From positions 3,596,488-3,660,487 of the forward strand of contig OZ253472.1 in NCBI GenBank assembly GCA_965261525.1: 64,000 nt of DNA, read 5' to 3'. Of the stretch, positions 62,571 through 64,000 are shown in pieces. The position numbers were made by a program, and so were the translations under genes. Origin of the DNA: Dehalococcoidia bacterium (GTDB taxonomy: Bacteria; Chloroflexota; Dehalococcoidia; Lucifugimonadales; UBA1123). The notes under the pieces were generated by a model that had not been told where the DNA came from, ran no database searches, and worked only from the letters and a program-made list of their open reading frames with translations. The stretch's first letter is position 1, and each line of letters begins with the position of its first letter.

Positions 62571-63722
62571 TTATCCATAAGGGTCGGCGGCATCTCTAAG
62601 ACCATCTCCAAGGAAATTAAAAGCGAGAACGGCGATAATCACTGGAACCGCCGGAACCAGAAGCCACGGCGTAAGCGCGATGGCCTGAACCTGCTGGGCG
62701 GCCTGGAGGAGTACACCCCAGCTTATGGCGGGAGGACGCATTCCCAGGCCCAGGAAACTGAGCGACGTCTCCGCGATTATTATCGCGGGGAAGGCCAGTG
62801 TCGTCGCGGCGATGATGTGGCTGAGGAAAGAGGGGACCATGTGCCTGAATATGATTCGCATCTGGCTGGCTCCCGCCAATTCCGCGGCCGCCACAAAGTC
62901 CTCCTCGCGCAATGAAAGGAAGCGTCCTCGCACCACCCTGGCGACCTCAGTCCAGCCTATGATAGCTATGATGATAGTGATTGCGAAATACACCTTCAGA
63001 ACGGACCAGTCCCTCGGCACGCTCGCGGCTATTCCCATCCACAACGGGATAGTCGGTATCGAACGCAGTATCTCGATTATGCGCTGGATAACGATGTCCA
63101 GCCAGCCGCCGTAGTATCCGGATATGCCTCCAAGCAGAACTCCGAGGAACAGAGTTATCGCGACGCTGACCAATCCGATAGTCATGGATATCCGCGACGC
63201 GTGCAGCAGCCGCGACCACAGGTCCCGTCCCTGGAGGTCGGTTCCCAGTATGAAAACTGTATCTTCCGCTTTGTAGGGCTGGTCAACGCCTATCAAGTGG
63301 CGGTCCGTCGTAATCAGTCCCAGGAACTTGTACTCGAATCCGCGCGCGAATAGTCGAATCGGGATCTTTGTTTCGGTATCTATCTCATAGACCCTCTGGA
63401 ACGTTATCGGATCGCGCTTACCGGAGATAGCGAGCGCATGAGGACTCGGTTTCCATCCGTCAAAGAGATGTATGCGTTGCGGCGACATAAGTCCGCGCTG
63501 CGCCTCGGGCTGGGTCGGGTTCGACGTTGCGAGGAAGTCCGCGCCAAGCACGACGCAGTAGAAGGCTATCAGCACAATCCCCGCCACCATGGCCAGCTTG
63601 TGCTTGCGAAGGCGCCACCACATCAACTGCCACTGCGACGCGGCGTATATTTGCTCTTCGTTGCGGACAGATTCCGCCGCTTCCGTCAAGACCCCTTCGA
63701 GAGAGGTCGTGTTCTCAGCCAT
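62571..63722 (-). CDS. ABC transporter permease (OppC/DppC type)
   Basis: An N-terminal extension plus a BPD-type permease core (ETSLSFLGLG). Confidence 0.85.
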   Translation of the reverse strand: MAENTTSLEGVLTEAAESVRNEEQIYAASQWQLMWWRLRKHKLAMVAGIVLIAFYCVVLGADFLATSNPTQPEAQRGLMSPQRIHLFDGWKPSPHALAISGKRDPITFQRVYEIDTETKIPIRLFARGFEYKFLGLITTDRHLIGVDQPYKAEDTVFILGTDLQGRDLWSRLLHASRISMTIGLVSVAITLFLGVLLGGISGYYGGWLDIVIQRIIEILRSIPTIPLWMGIAASVPRDWSVLKVYFAITIIIAIIGWTEVARVVRGRFLSLREEDFVAAAELAGASQMRIIFRHMVPSFLSHIIAATTLAFPAIIIAETSLSFLGLGMRPPAISWGVLLQAAQQVQAIALTPWLLVPAVPVIIAVLAFNFLGDGLRDAADPYG

Positions 63723-63723
63723 A

Positions 63724-64000
63724 TTAGGTGCTCTCCAGTCGAATGCGAGGATCCACCCAGGCTAACAAGATGTCCGAAATAAAAGTGCCGACGACAGTCA
63801 TAAGCCCGATCATCAGAATTATCGTTCCCGCCAGGAACATATCCTGAGCGATCAGCGCCTTCAGCAGGAGCGGTCCGACGGTTGGCAGACTCATCACTAC
63901 GGACACGATGATGCTGCCTGATACGATCAGGGGGAGGAGATAGCCGATTGTGCTTATGAGCGGATTGAGCGCCACCCGGAACGGGTATTTGAGAACAACC
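63724..64000 (-). CDS. ABC transporter permease (OppB/DppB type), C-terminal part only
   Basis: It ends ...FISDILLAWVDPRIRLEST, and the ORF continues beyond the window edge. Confidence 0.8.
   Translation of the reverse strand, partial: VVLKYPFRVALNPLISTIGYLLPLIVSGSIIVSVVMSLPTVGPLLLKALIAQDMFLAGTIILMIGLMTVVGTFISDILLAWVDPRIRLEST

Noticed and set aside
60533-62599. Long plus-strand ORFs (361 aa and 277 aa) across the ABC ATPase genes.
   Set aside because: They are antisense to genes with Walker A/B and signature motifs. Their composition is typical of shadow ORFs.

Overview
This 64-kb window comes from a moderately GC-rich bacterium. The gene content (Uma2, DUF2442/DUF4160 and DUF3782-type genes, several enolase-superfamily paralogs) hints at Chloroflexota, but that is inference only. 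Ordinary housekeeping blocks are interleaved with a very mobile accessory layer.

Housekeeping blocks:
- thiS-thiE-thiG behind a TPP riboswitch
- a ZnuABC-like metal uptake operon divergent from a CDF exporter
- five tRNAs
- aroQ, plsY and a cyclophilin
- a homodimeric-type 2-oxoacid dehydrogenase E1
- an Opp/Dpp-type ABC transporter

Accessory layer:
- four insertion sequences (IS1380-, IS701/IS4-like, IS427-group IS5, and IS21 families)
- a 352-bp MITE with 10-bp target duplications, present twice in inverted orientation
- at least four further short interspersed repeat families
- seven toxin-antitoxin-type loci, four with decayed toxin genes, plus many gene fragments

Most interesting candidates:
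1. An AT-rich ~5-kb insertion (51.4-56.3 kb) between two enolase paralogs. It carries a single-chain Type IIG-like nuclease/methyltransferase, a 61-aa ORF and a ClpP/SDH-fold serine protease.
2. An operon of two paralogous ferritin-like di-iron proteins, one with a complete and one with a degenerate ligand set, plus an SCP2-like protein (23.2-25.9 kb).
3. A family of ~100-350 bp intergenic elements sharing a scaffold with three 7-mers phased one helical turn apart.
4. An 80-aa His/Cys/Asp/Glu repeat protein inside the zinc locus.

All calls come from reading the translations and sequence by eye. No database search was possible.
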